Of a DNA stretch of 64,000 nucleotides, positions 39,803 through 50,880 are shown piece by piece. The notes beneath the pieces were generated by a model that worked only from the letters and a program-made list of their open reading frames with translations, was not told the DNA's origin and did not search any database. Numbering within the stretch: position 1 is the first letter of the stretch; each line of letters starts with the position of its first letter. The translations under genes and the position numbers were made by a program. The DNA is from Microthyrium microscopicum (taxonomy: Eukaryota): contig MU004244.1 of assembly GCA_010405405.1 (NCBI GenBank), positions 933,895 to 997,894 of the forward strand, written 5' to 3'.

Positions 39803-40380
39803 ATGATTCTCAGAACTCTTCGATCACCGGTACTTTACCCATAAACACAATACGCATCTCAATGCATGGCTAACTTACCATCCAGGCTCTCCGGCAAGCA
39901 CTCCTCCGTCCCAGTACACTCCCTCGCCACACCATCTCGCCCTCACAACTCCGCTTTCTCACAGCTGAATCTCGCAAAGCAATTGACCAAGCAGTTGGCT
40001 CCGCGCCCGTCGTACTTTTCATGAAAGGCACGCCCGAGACACCACAATGTGGGTTTAGTCGTGCTACCATCGAGATACTCGGCATGCAAGGCGTTGATCC
40101 GAGCAAGTTTGCCGCATTCAATGTGCTAGAGGATGCAACACTTCGCAATGGTATGTGGATGATATACACACCTAGTCATGTACCATCACTAACCGAGGCG
40201 GTTCTAGATATCAAGGAGTACTCCGAGTGGCCTACGATCCCCCAATTATACGTCAACGGCGAATTTGTAGGCGGCTGTGACATCATGGTTAGTATGCACG
40301 GCGACGGCAGTTTAGCAAAGATGTTGGAGGACAAGGGCGTCTTGGCTGAGGAAGAGAAGGGCGATGCGCCGACATCTTAG
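39803..40380 (+). CDS. GRX5: Mitochondrial monothiol glutaredoxin; introns 39830-39885 and ~40151-40208
   Basis: Presequence-like N-terminus, FMKGTPETPQCGFS, IKEYSEWPTIPQLYVNGEFVGGCD. Confidence 0.92.
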
Positions 40381-40676
40381 AAATATTGCAATACTTTAAG
40401 TTGGAGATATTGGGAGAATTCAATGGCGCTGTCCCATGAGCTACGATATCCACCATCGTACCTTATAAAGACTCAAAGAGCTTGCGCTCTACTTGCCGTC
40501 CTATTCGATAACTCACAACGTCTGCTATGCACTGGATTGAAGGAAATGAGCAGAATTTGGCTGATGGACATACGCCATTTATTCTGTCAGTCTTTTGCTA
40601 TGTATACTATCCATAGATAACAACATCATGAATGTACAAATCGATATTCGAGATCTCCTCTACCTCTGGCGTACTC

Positions 40677-41258
40677 TCATTTCCTCGTGCCTCGTCCAAG
40701 TCCAAAGTCTTCGATACTCTTCTCCCCAACTGGCTCATTCACTATCCTCACGCCAGCATGTCCACTCCCCGCCGCACTCTCAGTACCTCCACCAGTCTCA
40801 CCCACAATCTTCTCGACAACTTTGACTTTACTCGCTGCCCGCCTTAGCACCTCGTCCATCTCCGCAACTTCTTCCTCCGTGTTTTGGGTCGTCACCCGGC
40901 CTGGCTCTGTCAGACCCACGAGAGTGGCGACATGTTTTCTCAGACGTGGATTGTTGGGTAGCGCAGGTATTACGCTCTGCTCTTCGGACTCTGGCTTTTC
41001 TGTTGCATCCAGTACATCTGATTTGTTTTGTGACGTTGGAATGCTGGATGGAGGAAGGCGTGCAGCCCAGACAGAAGCGCGTCCATGAAGACGGCCGAGC
41101 TGTAGAAATTTCTCAAAGCCTTTCTCGAGCCCGAATGCGCGGCCTTCTATCCGGCCGGCGCGTGAGCCATCGGCGACGCCTAATTCGTAGCCTTCTGTGT
41201 ATGATGTGTCTTCGAGGTTGAGAGCGGCGTCAAATATATCATCGTTTGTGTTGGACAT
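40677..41258 (-). CDS. Lto1/Yae1-family (deca-GX3) protein, most like Lto1
   Basis: EGYELGVADGSRAGRIEGRAFGLEKGFEKF GX3 repeat. Confidence 0.75.
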   Translation of the reverse strand: MSNTNDDIFDAALNLEDTSYTEGYELGVADGSRAGRIEGRAFGLEKGFEKFLQLGRLHGRASVWAARLPPSSIPTSQNKSDVLDATEKPESEEQSVIPALPNNPRLRKHVATLVGLTEPGRVTTQNTEEEVAEMDEVLRRAASKVKVVEKIVGETGGGTESAAGSGHAGVRIVNEPVGEKSIEDFGLGRGTRK

Positions 41259-41561
41259 TGCTAAGCTGTGGGTGGAGGTGGAGGGAGTGGGGGTGAAATA
41301 TTTGGTAGGCTCATATTGAGTTCGTGGACGACGAAGCCGAAGGTCGATGTCAAATGGACGACATTTCTCACTACGATTTTTCTATTAACGGTTTCATGGT
41401 TTCATCTACACTGTATAGTCACGATGGAGAGGTTCAATGTTGGAGTATCATGGAGGAATGAATTTCGTTTTATTCCTTTTCGCCCGGCCTAATCAATGAC
41501 AGGCATGCATAATCGCAAGAACCCCAGCAAAGCACTAACACCAGACCCAGAAATAAATCGT

Positions 41562-42069
41562 CTATGATCTTGGCTTTTCCTTCTTCTCCTTCCACAGAGC
41601 CATGAGACCGACACCAGAGACCTTGACGACCTTGAAACGGACACCTGGAATATCACCCTTGGCCTTGCCTTTACGACCAAAACCAGCCAAAAGAACCTCG
41701 TCGTTCTCATCCACAAAGTTCAAGCAACCGTCATTGGGGACTGTGTAGTGTCTGTTAGCCTGATTGTTCTGTTGTATCTTTCCTCCATCGATTGTGAGAT
41801 TCCAACATACCGAAAGCAGTGACCTTCTTTCCGTTCTTGATCAACTGAACTCTCACACATTTGCGAATAGCCGAGTTTGGTTGTTTGGCCTCGACACCGA
41901 CCTTTTCGAGCACGATGCCCTTGGCGTGTGAGGATCCACCGAATGGAGAGGATTTGTAGGCAGTTCCTAGGAGTCGCTTCTTGTAGTGTAGATCGGCCCA
42001 TCGGCCTTCTCGTCGATGGTTGCGCAATTTGCGCGCGGCATTGAGACCAGACGGCTTGCCTTTACCCAT
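41562..42069 (-). CDS. RPS23: 40S ribosomal protein S23 (uS12); intron ~41745-41808
   Basis: [68 protein letters not shown]. Confidence 0.97.
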
Positions 42070-42513
42070 GATTGCTGGTTGTATAGTTAGCCCATTAATT
42101 CCGTCAACAGTGGACGTCTGCTTGTGGATGATGAGGGGTAGTGCGATTGACTGCTAAAAGCAGAACTGGTGCATAATTCGCGGAGAGATGGAAATAGGGA
42201 GCACACATACCGGTTTATGGAGCAATCGAAAGGTGTTCTGGTTGATGATTGTAGAGGCGTTGGTTGATAGGCAAAAAGTGAGAAGGCGGTTGGAGTGTGG
42301 CCCTCAGAATGCGTTGTGGGTAGGTCTGACTAATCAGACAGAACCAAATCTTAGCGCGACTTTCATTATCTAATCTGCATCTTCTCTTATCTAATCTGCA
42401 TCTCTGATCTGTTTACAAATCGAGAGTCAAGACATTGAAATCCTCGAGTCCATTTCATACTACATACAACACCCAAAATCTTCCATAACACCAAAGCCAC
42501 ACTCTAGTCCATC

Positions 42514-43389
42514 ATGTCGACTCTCAAACCCCAACCAACCGATCAAGTAAAAACTCGGCCTCCCAAGCCCGCCCTATTCGTCGGTCCACCCTCCCGCAAC
42601 GCATCCTCTCAATCACTCCTCCCCAACCGGCCACCATCATCATCACGCACTCCTCTCACCCGCCAAAAGTCCCTTCTTGGCACAGACCGTCCACGCATAG
42701 ACACCCGTCTTGACAACTTCCTCTCTTCGCCGTCTGGCAACTACAGTCCCAACCCAAACAATACGCTCTCGCCATATCCAAGCAACACGCTCTCTCCATA
42801 CCCCGTACCTTCACAAGCCGATGGCATTGCCAGCCCGCTCAGCTCTACGCGCCGCAATGCTGCAGACTCCACTAGCTTTGCGCGTACAGAGGCCAAGTGG
42901 GCGGAGATGCAGAGTACGCTCGAGGAGGTCGAATTGAGCGCTACGAATGGTGCCCATGTTTTTGGACCGGGACACGTGCGTGCGCTCGATGACTTACGGA
43001 CGGCGCAAATTGCGTTGGCGCAAGCATGGGCGCGAAGTGAGGCAGAGGAGGCGAGCGCGTCGGGGCTTGGAAGTCCAGGCCCAGTGATGGAGGTTGATGT
43101 ACTTTCTGGCGAGCGGAAGAGTGAAAGAAAGGCCGAGGGAGAGGGACGAGAGCGAGCGGGGACAGGGTCAAGTGGGAAGAGTGTGTTGGCAGAAGAAACA
43201 GAGAATGACATTGCAATGGCGAGGCGGCGGCGAGAGGCGAATGATGGGTACTTTCGCAAAGTTAACGCTGGCGTCAAAGATGTCGTGGCTAAACTTGAAG
43301 AGGTGGCTAAAGCTATGAAAGGCGTGGAGATGGAAAGTCGAGAAATATGGGGAGATCGCGATAGTGTGGAAGATGGAAGTGTGTCTTGA
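42514..43389 (+). CDS. Hypothetical fungal protein (291 aa) with predicted C-terminal coiled coil
   Basis: Intact ORF; WAEMQSTLEEVELSA...HVFGPGH...LRTAQIALAQAWARSE reads like a conserved block. Confidence 0.7.
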   Translation: MSTLKPQPTDQVKTRPPKPALFVGPPSRNASSQSLLPNRPPSSSRTPLTRQKSLLGTDRPRIDTRLDNFLSSPSGNYSPNPNNTLSPYPSNTLSPYPVPSQADGIASPLSSTRRNAADSTSFARTEAKWAEMQSTLEEVELSATNGAHVFGPGHVRALDDLRTAQIALAQAWARSEAEEASASGLGSPGPVMEVDVLSGERKSERKAEGEGRERAGTGSSGKSVLAEETENDIAMARRRREANDGYFRKVNAGVKDVVAKLEEVAKAMKGVEMESREIWGDRDSVEDGSVS

Positions 43390-43513
43390 GCAAGCATTGA
43401 TTATTTTTGATGTTTCATTACGCACATTGAACATTAGACACTACATGGTTCCCGGCGCAGCTTGCAAGTCATTTGGCCCAATCTTTGAAGCTTTTAGTCG
43501 CAACTGCTCCACA

Positions 43514-45100
43514 TCAGAGCAGATACCTATAATCAGGCGACATATCGCCCAGCTCTGTCTTCTCGTAGGTCGTCAAGCTTCGATCATGCACCGCACGATC
43601 TCTCTTGCGGTTCTGGCTGTAACAAAGGACTCCATACGCTGTACAACTCAGGATACTCAAGCACGCAAATGCGACACAGATCGAATAGCCAGTGGTATAC
43701 CGAGGCGCATCCTTCGCCAAGAACGCGAACACTGCAATAATACCGCCAGCATTGCCGAATCCGACTTGCCAGGCACTTCCAACCGCACGACGATGATGGC
43801 CCCCGAGATTCATATTGAACCAGCACACGATGATCGGCATGGCAGTGTATGCGCCCATCGCCACAAGGAAGAGCGCCGCATACATAGGATTTCGGTGTGC
43901 CTTGACATCGTGCAGAGTGAGTAGAATAGCGAAACCGGCAATGGTGATGAAAATCGAGAAGACCGCGAACAGGTAGCGATGTTTGGCCTTGTCTGAGAAA
44001 TATGCCACGATCATTCCAAAAACGAAAGCAGCGGCCCAAGGAGGCACACTGTGTAGTTGAGTCTGGATAGGGCTGTAGCCGTAGCTTTGGATGATAGCGG
44101 GTGAGAAATACGCATATCCATACGCTGTCACGATCAGTCCGAAATACATGAACCCGCCCAGCACGATTTTTATGTCTTTGAAGACATTTATCACGTCTTT
44201 GAAGGCAATCTGACGTTCTGCGGCCGATTTTCCCTGATCTTGCTCTAGTCTGGCTTTGACGTAGGCTCTCTCGTCTTCGGTTAGCCATTTGGATTCTTCC
44301 GGGAAATTTGGCAGCCAGAAGAAGAAGAATAGGCTGACTACGCATGTCAAGACACCCTCGAGGATGAAGATCCAGCGCCAACCTCGATATCCACGCATGC
44401 CGTCCATCTTTCCAATAGCACTTGCTAGCAGCCCACCAAAGGCACCTGCGAGACTGGTGCTGGAGAAGAACATGGTGTATCGTCGTTGCGCTTCATGGCG
44501 TCTGTACCACATGCCGATCAGGTAAAAGCAGCCAGGAAACATGCCCGTCTCGAAAAGCCCAAGGAAAAAGCGACTTGCAAGCAGTCCGCCGTAACTCTTG
44601 ACCAGTCCTTGGCAGATAGACGTCAAGCCGAATAGAAACATGCATGTTGCGAGCCAAACTCTGGGCTTGAACCGCTTTAGGAACATATTTGACGGGATTT
44701 CAAATATAATGTAAGGAACGAAGAAGATTACCAATGCAATGTTGTAGCGGTTGTCGGTTTTCAGATGGAGTTCGTCAGAAAGGCCAAAGAGGTTCGCGTT
44801 GGCGATATTGACTCTATGGATCTGTTAGATCTGTGTCTTTTCGTAGACAACGTATTTTTTTACCTGTCGAGAAAGGCCAGCAGATACATGATACAGAGGA
44901 ATGGAAGTACGTGAAGATCGATCTTCGTCACCAATTTCCGTTCTGTGGTATGAGAAGGACATTGGACTTGTAGGTCATCATCGACCTCTCCATCGCCCTT
45001 TGGCAAATCCACCCAGTCATTTCTTTCTTCTGCAATCTGTCAGAAAATAGTGAAAACATTACGAGTGTCGAGTCTCGAGTCTCTTACTTGAGTTTTCCAT
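43514..45100 (-). CDS. MFS anion:cation symporter (Dal5/Tna1-like permease); 5' introns
   Basis: KIDLHVLP, FLDRVNIANA, FEIPSN, RFFLGLFETGMFPG, WYRRHEAQRR, GWRWIFILEG. Confidence 0.9.
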
Positions 45101-46266
45101 GGCCGCGAGTGGTGATGGAGAATGATGGTGCTGGGAGACAAGAATGTTTTTACTACACTCAGGTCGCGATTATTGGTACTCTGATCTACGTTTCCTCCGT
45201 TCCACCGATACCACAGAAGATAATTTATCTCGTGATGCACACAGTTCGGCGCTGCAGCTTCGAAAAGCTAGAGGAGTGGGTCCCAAGTGGTCGAAATAGT
45301 GTCGATCACTTGTGCAAGCTGCCGTTTCTCCGCCACTTTTATGTCGCATCAAATCGGTTATGTCGGTTGTAATTCCCATTTATTGGTAGACTTTCCTACG
45401 AATCATAACAAGAGGGGCAGGAACCGAAAATCCTTGACCTGGCGAGTCGAGAGCTTGCTGCCAATGCTGACGGTCAGAAGTTTAGAATCAGCACTTGGTG
45501 AGTGATGGGCACTAGGATGCTCGTTATTGTAGAGTAGTAAGCATGTTGTACAACCGCAAAGTTGGGCGCGCTACTACTAAAGCTGAGGTCGTAACAAATG
45601 CTCACTTTCCAGCTGATTACTCAAGCTTTCCAAGACAATTGGCGTGCTTCATAAACCGATCATGAGCACTCTCCTCTGCCTTCTATCAGGCTTAGCGGAG
45701 AGGCAAAATAGATACCGCGCTTTCCTCAGCGATGGTTGCTAACCATCAACATCTTCGATAGACGATACTTCCCACTGAAGTCAATGGACTGTCTCGAATC
45801 TGAAGGTGATTCATGGCAAAAAGAGCTTGAAGTCTATAATGGAGCGTGGTCAGGCACACAAGTGCAGGTGATCCTGCCCATCCGCCCAACGCCCCAGTAT
45901 CCTGTGCTTCATTTCCCACGAGCTGCGATAAAATTACTACCGTACTTTCTTCGTTCCAAACTTCAACAATGGCCATGGTCTGGCTGGGAGAATGTGTACA
46001 CGCCAGGTTACAATGGGCATTTCAGTTCGTATCATCTTTGATATTGTACGAAGGTTTTGTAACTTATATTATTCGTGATGGGAACTGTGAACATTCCATT
46101 ATTTCCATTATTATTGAATTCTAGAATTCAATTAAGGCAGGGACTTCCATCTTATCTTAGACACCTTGATCAACATACGAGGCTAACCAGACTCAGTGTT
46201 GCATAGGAGTTAAAGACTGAGGATGTACATCCTTTTCGAATGGGCAGACTACAAGCAAGTTGGTGT

Positions 46267-48030
46267 TCAAACGACATATCCCTTCGTTTGTTTGATGCCG
46301 GCGACATTAATATCTCGCCATATTATGACCGACGCAAACCCAACAACCCAGACCGCAGTAGCAGTGATCATCATGTTCTTCTGCGCGTCTCCATAGGCAT
46401 GCTGAATCGCGAGACGGGTGGGTGAGCCCACTGGAAACGACAGCTGCGTCACAATATCCTCGTATATCATAGCCAAGTTGGGAAGATCATCAGGAGGAAG
46501 GTATAAAGCCAACTTCGTGGGCAGTGTCGCCTGCCAGATTGCCGCGGATATGGTCAGGCCAACGGCAGAGCCAATGCTGCCAGACATTCCCAGGACGGCT
46601 ATGCTGACAGCAAAGTATTGGTGGTCTGCGGCGGCAGCCATGATAGCGATTTCTGGACCGACCATTATAACGCCGCCTGACACAGCGAGGAAGATTTGGC
46701 ACATGACGATATAGCCAATTGCTTGGTCTGGGTCGTGGTATTTGATCATAATGCCGAGGCCAAGTACCGCCATAGGAAGTCCAAGATAGAGGGTGACGGC
46801 CTTGTAGCGGCTGGTATAGGAGATTATGGCACCGGTCATAATGGCGAAGAATATGCTGGCGACAGGGTAGATTTGACTGACATACGTGGCATGTGCAACG
46901 TCCAAGTCGTTGACCACTTGAAGGACGGAAGTGAAATACAGACCCCAGCACGAATAGCTGAGGAAGAGTGTGAAGGATACGATACAGGAGCCGAAAGCTG
47001 TACGATCTTTGAGAATGCGCCATGGTAGGAAGGAAACTTTGGCGAAAAATCGCTCCCAGATTCCAAAACCGAGTAGAAGTATGACGCCCACGACCAAAAA
47101 TCCGATAATTAGGGGTGAGCCAAATCCCTTGGCTTGGAAAGTATAGAGATTAAACGGTAGGGTGGTGAAAGCAACACCAGCTGATAACAAGAAGAGGCCA
47201 ACTACATCGAATTCATGGATGTAGTAAAGCAAAGACTCAGAAGGTGTGCGTCCGCTCTCGCGCTTCGGGATGATCCCCTGTCTTTTGGCCGCGTTAAATT
47301 GATACATAAACAGGCCGAAAAGAGGAAGAGTGACGACTGGAATGAGGATGCTCTCCATCCCAAAAGCCCAACGCCAGCCAGCTCCGGTGAGGAATTTAGC
47401 AGCAATTGGACCTGCTGCCCAAGGTATGACAACCCACGGTATGTTGACCAGACCTTGCATCAGTGCTCGATGGCGCAATGAAGTGGTATCTGCGACAAAG
47501 ACACTAAGGCTGTATCCTATACCATTGATGCCAACAGTATAGAAAATCTGCGATGCAGCATAGGCCTTGACATTGTTGCACGCGGCTGACATGATCAACC
47601 CAATTGTTGCAGATACAACACAAACTAGGAATCCATGTGGCCGTCCAAAGATGTCCAGCACTTTGGCGATGCTGAGATTGGTAACGCCGCCGATGACTGC
47701 GCTCAAGATACCAGTGGTGGGTGTGAGGGAGTGCTCGGCGAAGGCGGAGGTGACATATGGAATGAGAGCTCCACTGACGCCGCTAACCAGAGCTTGAACA
47801 AGATAGATAAGAGTGATTAGAACATAGGCACACACCAGCGAAGTCTTTGACCAGGAGATGGTGATGGCTTCGATGTCCTGGACACCGGACTGGTATGTGG
47901 TGTTGATAACATCGTCCTTGGACACGATGTTGACTAATGAGACCGTGGCTGATTCTGCTTGAACCTTTTCTATGTCAACATTGTCGATGCGGGATTCGGC
48001 TACCACAACCTGGTGCTTGTTGTCGTCCAT
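46267..48030 (-). CDS. Siderophore-iron transporter (SIT/ARN/MirB-like MFS); start 48030 or 48042
   Basis: GVQDIEAITISWSK, PYVTSAFAEHSL, AKVLDIFGRPHG, VFVADTTSLRHR, WRWAFG, GSPTRLAIQHAY. Confidence 0.88.
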   Translation of the reverse strand: MDDNKHQVVVAESRIDNVDIEKVQAESATVSLVNIVSKDDVINTTYQSGVQDIEAITISWSKTSLVCAYVLITLIYLVQALVSGVSGALIPYVTSAFAEHSLTPTTGILSAVIGGVTNLSIAKVLDIFGRPHGFLVCVVSATIGLIMSAACNNVKAYAASQIFYTVGINGIGYSLSVFVADTTSLRHRALMQGLVNIPWVVIPWAAGPIAAKFLTGAGWRWAFGMESILIPVVTLPLFGLFMYQFNAAKRQGIIPKRESGRTPSESLLYYIHEFDVVGLFLLSAGVAFTTLPFNLYTFQAKGFGSPLIIGFLVVGVILLLGFGIWERFFAKVSFLPWRILKDRTAFGSCIVSFTLFLSYSCWGLYFTSVLQVVNDLDVAHATYVSQIYPVASIFFAIMTGAIISYTSRYKAVTLYLGLPMAVLGLGIMIKYHDPDQAIGYIVMCQIFLAVSGGVIMVGPEIAIMAAAADHQYFAVSIAVLGMSGSIGSAVGLTISAAIWQATLPTKLALYLPPDDLPNLAMIYEDIVTQLSFPVGSPTRLAIQHAYGDAQKNMMITATAVWVVGFASVIIWRDINVAGIKQTKGYVV

Positions 48031-49551
48031 GGCTGTTAGCATTTTCTTGTGGAGTTGTATGTTGTCAAAACTCTGAAAAACTTCGCCAGTAGAAGCCAAC
48101 GAAAAGCAAAATGATCAGTATGCGAAAAGTCCCAGGATCGGCGAACTATTAATACATGGTTTGAACTTGAGCAAGACCAGATTGAAGGGTCAACAATCCT
48201 TTAAGCCCATGGTCCTCACGAATGAGCAAAAGATGCTCAGTGACTAACTGTGGTTTGCATTAGGCTGAGTTGATAACAGGCTAAGACGCGCGAAGGATTT
48301 AATTGCCTCTCGCTTTTACAATTACACGAAGTTTACTCGTCAGGATAGAACTTCAGCCAGATACGGCAGTATTCTCTTCATTCATAAGATACCATTTAAG
48401 ATTTGAAGTAGAGCAAGACTAATCAAGCGGTTGACAGAATAAATGTTGCGTTCCCGTCAAGTATGTTGTCGAATCCATGCTATGCTTTAGGACTGCGTGT
48501 TTTATTGCCCCTTGAGTTCGTACAAAAGTTAGTTGTCTCTCAAATGCGTTCGAAATGAAAACTTCTACTGGCTATAAAGTCTGATGGGAGACACCATCGT
48601 TGATGGGAGCGCACCATTTGATTTGTCAACCGTGGACTGATGAGCTCAAATGCGCTGGTTTTCAACTTGGCTTGCACTGTGCAGGGCATTTGCTGTGTAA
48701 TTAACCCCTATGCAGAATTTGTTGGGTATAGAATTATTTTCATCTTATATATGGGCCTTTTTAAAGGACTATCCCTAACTACCTATATCGTAATTTAAGA
48801 TTAAGATAGTAAATTTAAGATTACTTACTATTTATTATAAAGTTTGTATATAAACCTACCTTATTATAATCTACTTATAAATCTATATCTTTTTATTTAG
48901 GAAATATACTATCTAAGCTTGTTACTACTATAAAGTGTACCTAGTCTTTTATCTTTTAATAAATATAATAAGAACCTACTAAAAATCCTTAAAGCCTAAA
49001 TAATAAAGCTAAAAAAAAGTATAATATTTATATAGACTAGGGTAATAATACCTTAGTACCTAATACTAACTAACTAAAACGTAGAGCTAAGCTTAATTAA
49101 TATATATTCCCTACTCTTCTTATCTATTTCTATTTAAGTTTAATAGGGGTCCTTTATTTATTTTTATAGTATTATAGCTAACGGTTAACTATATAAGTAT
49201 AAGTAAGATTAATAAAAGGAAGTTAAGCGTAAAGAATATAAGGCCTAGTTTAAATTAGCTCTAAAAGCTAAAAAAATAGTACTACTTAAGTTAAAAGCTA
49301 AATCTACGCTAAAGGCTTTACTAATAAAGAATAAGGTAAAATTTTTAGTAAAGTCTATTATATAGGAAGATTCTAAAGATAAGAAAAAGATTATTTAGTA
49401 GTAGAAATATAGCTACTTAATAATAATAATAATAAATAAATAGAATATAGTAAAATTAGCTTATATTAAAACTAAATGTATAGTATTTAATACTAGCTAT
49501 ATAAATAGTTAGTAAGAGTTTAATAAAAATACTAAAAAAGAGCTTAGGAAT

Positions 49552-50880
49552 AAAGAGGGTAAAGAGAATAAAGAGAATAGTAAAGATAAATTAGGTAGTA
49601 GAGTTAAAAGTTTAATAGATAAAGAACCTATAGATTTTAATAACTTGCTAAAATTTATAGAGAAAGAGCTAGATAATTTAGTAAAGTTCTTTAAAGAGAA
49701 GAAGAAAGCTAATCTTAAAGAGCTATAGAAGACGTTTATTAAGGGCTAGAAGAAGTATAATAAGACTAATAGATCTATATTAGACTTAGACCCTATTAAT
49801 CTTAATACTAGTGACGTACTCTTAGCTCTAGTTAATTATATTATTAACTTTTATATAAAGTTCTATAAGATTAAGCCTAGTTCTAATATAGGAGGTTTAT
49901 TAATATATAAGAATACTATTAATAGTATTATATAGTAAAATTTTAGTATTATAGTAATTAAGAAGTAGTATATCTTTATAAAAAAGTATACTATAGAGTA
50001 AAAATATAATACTAAGACTATAACTATTTATTAAAGATCTAACTATCCTAAAGTTACTAGTATAATAAAAGACTCTATAATACTTAGCTTTAATGCTAAT
50101 ATCTTTAAGCTATAAATCTAAGTATTAGATTAATATTATTATATAAATTAGTTAAAAAAAAGTATATATTCTATTATTATTAAGCTATAGCTAGTAATTT
50201 AACTAAAGTTACTTACTAAAGTAGTTTCTACTATAAATATTAGAAGTAATACTTACTTCTTATTATAATAATAGAATAGGCTTACTAATAAATATCTACT
50301 AAATAGTAAAAATAACGCTAAGAAGAAAGATAATCTTATTACTATCTTAATATATAACGCTTATACTTAAGAACGTTATCCTAACTTTTGCTACTACTAC
50401 TTTAAGAATTCTAATAAGTAGTATTTTATTATAAATAGTCCTTAGCTTTAAATATAGAGAAATAATATTAATAGTAGTAATGCCTCTACTAAGAATCTAC
50501 CTATAAAGGTTCTTAAGTATTTTTAGAATATTTAGCTTATAATTAGTAGTCCTTTTATAATTATAAATACTTATAGTACTAGAAAGCTATAAAGCAAAAT
50601 ATCTATATTAAGTACTTACTAGTAAGAACTAGAGAATATTATAGAGTAAATAAGACTAAAGACTATTAAATATAAGAGAAAAGCTACGCGTAAGAAAACT
50701 AAGGCTAATAAGAAGCGTTATAATTATTAGTAAAAGATTAATTATTTAGAGCTAGACGTAAAGAAGAAGTAAATTAAACGTAAAAATAAAAAAGCTAATA
50801 GGTAGGCTATATAAGATAAACGTAAGTCTAATAAATATAAGGCATAAAAGAGATATTATAATAGGCGTTATAATTAAGAA
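49552..50880 (+). pseudogene. RIP-destroyed reading-frame relic(s) inside the TIR element
   Basis: Codon-periodic stretches (KEPIDFNNLLKFIEKELDNLVKFFKEKKKANLKEL*...; KRKATRKKTKANKKRY...) broken by TAG/TAA stops of the kind RIP makes from CAG/CAA/TGG; family not identifiable. Confidence 0.45.
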
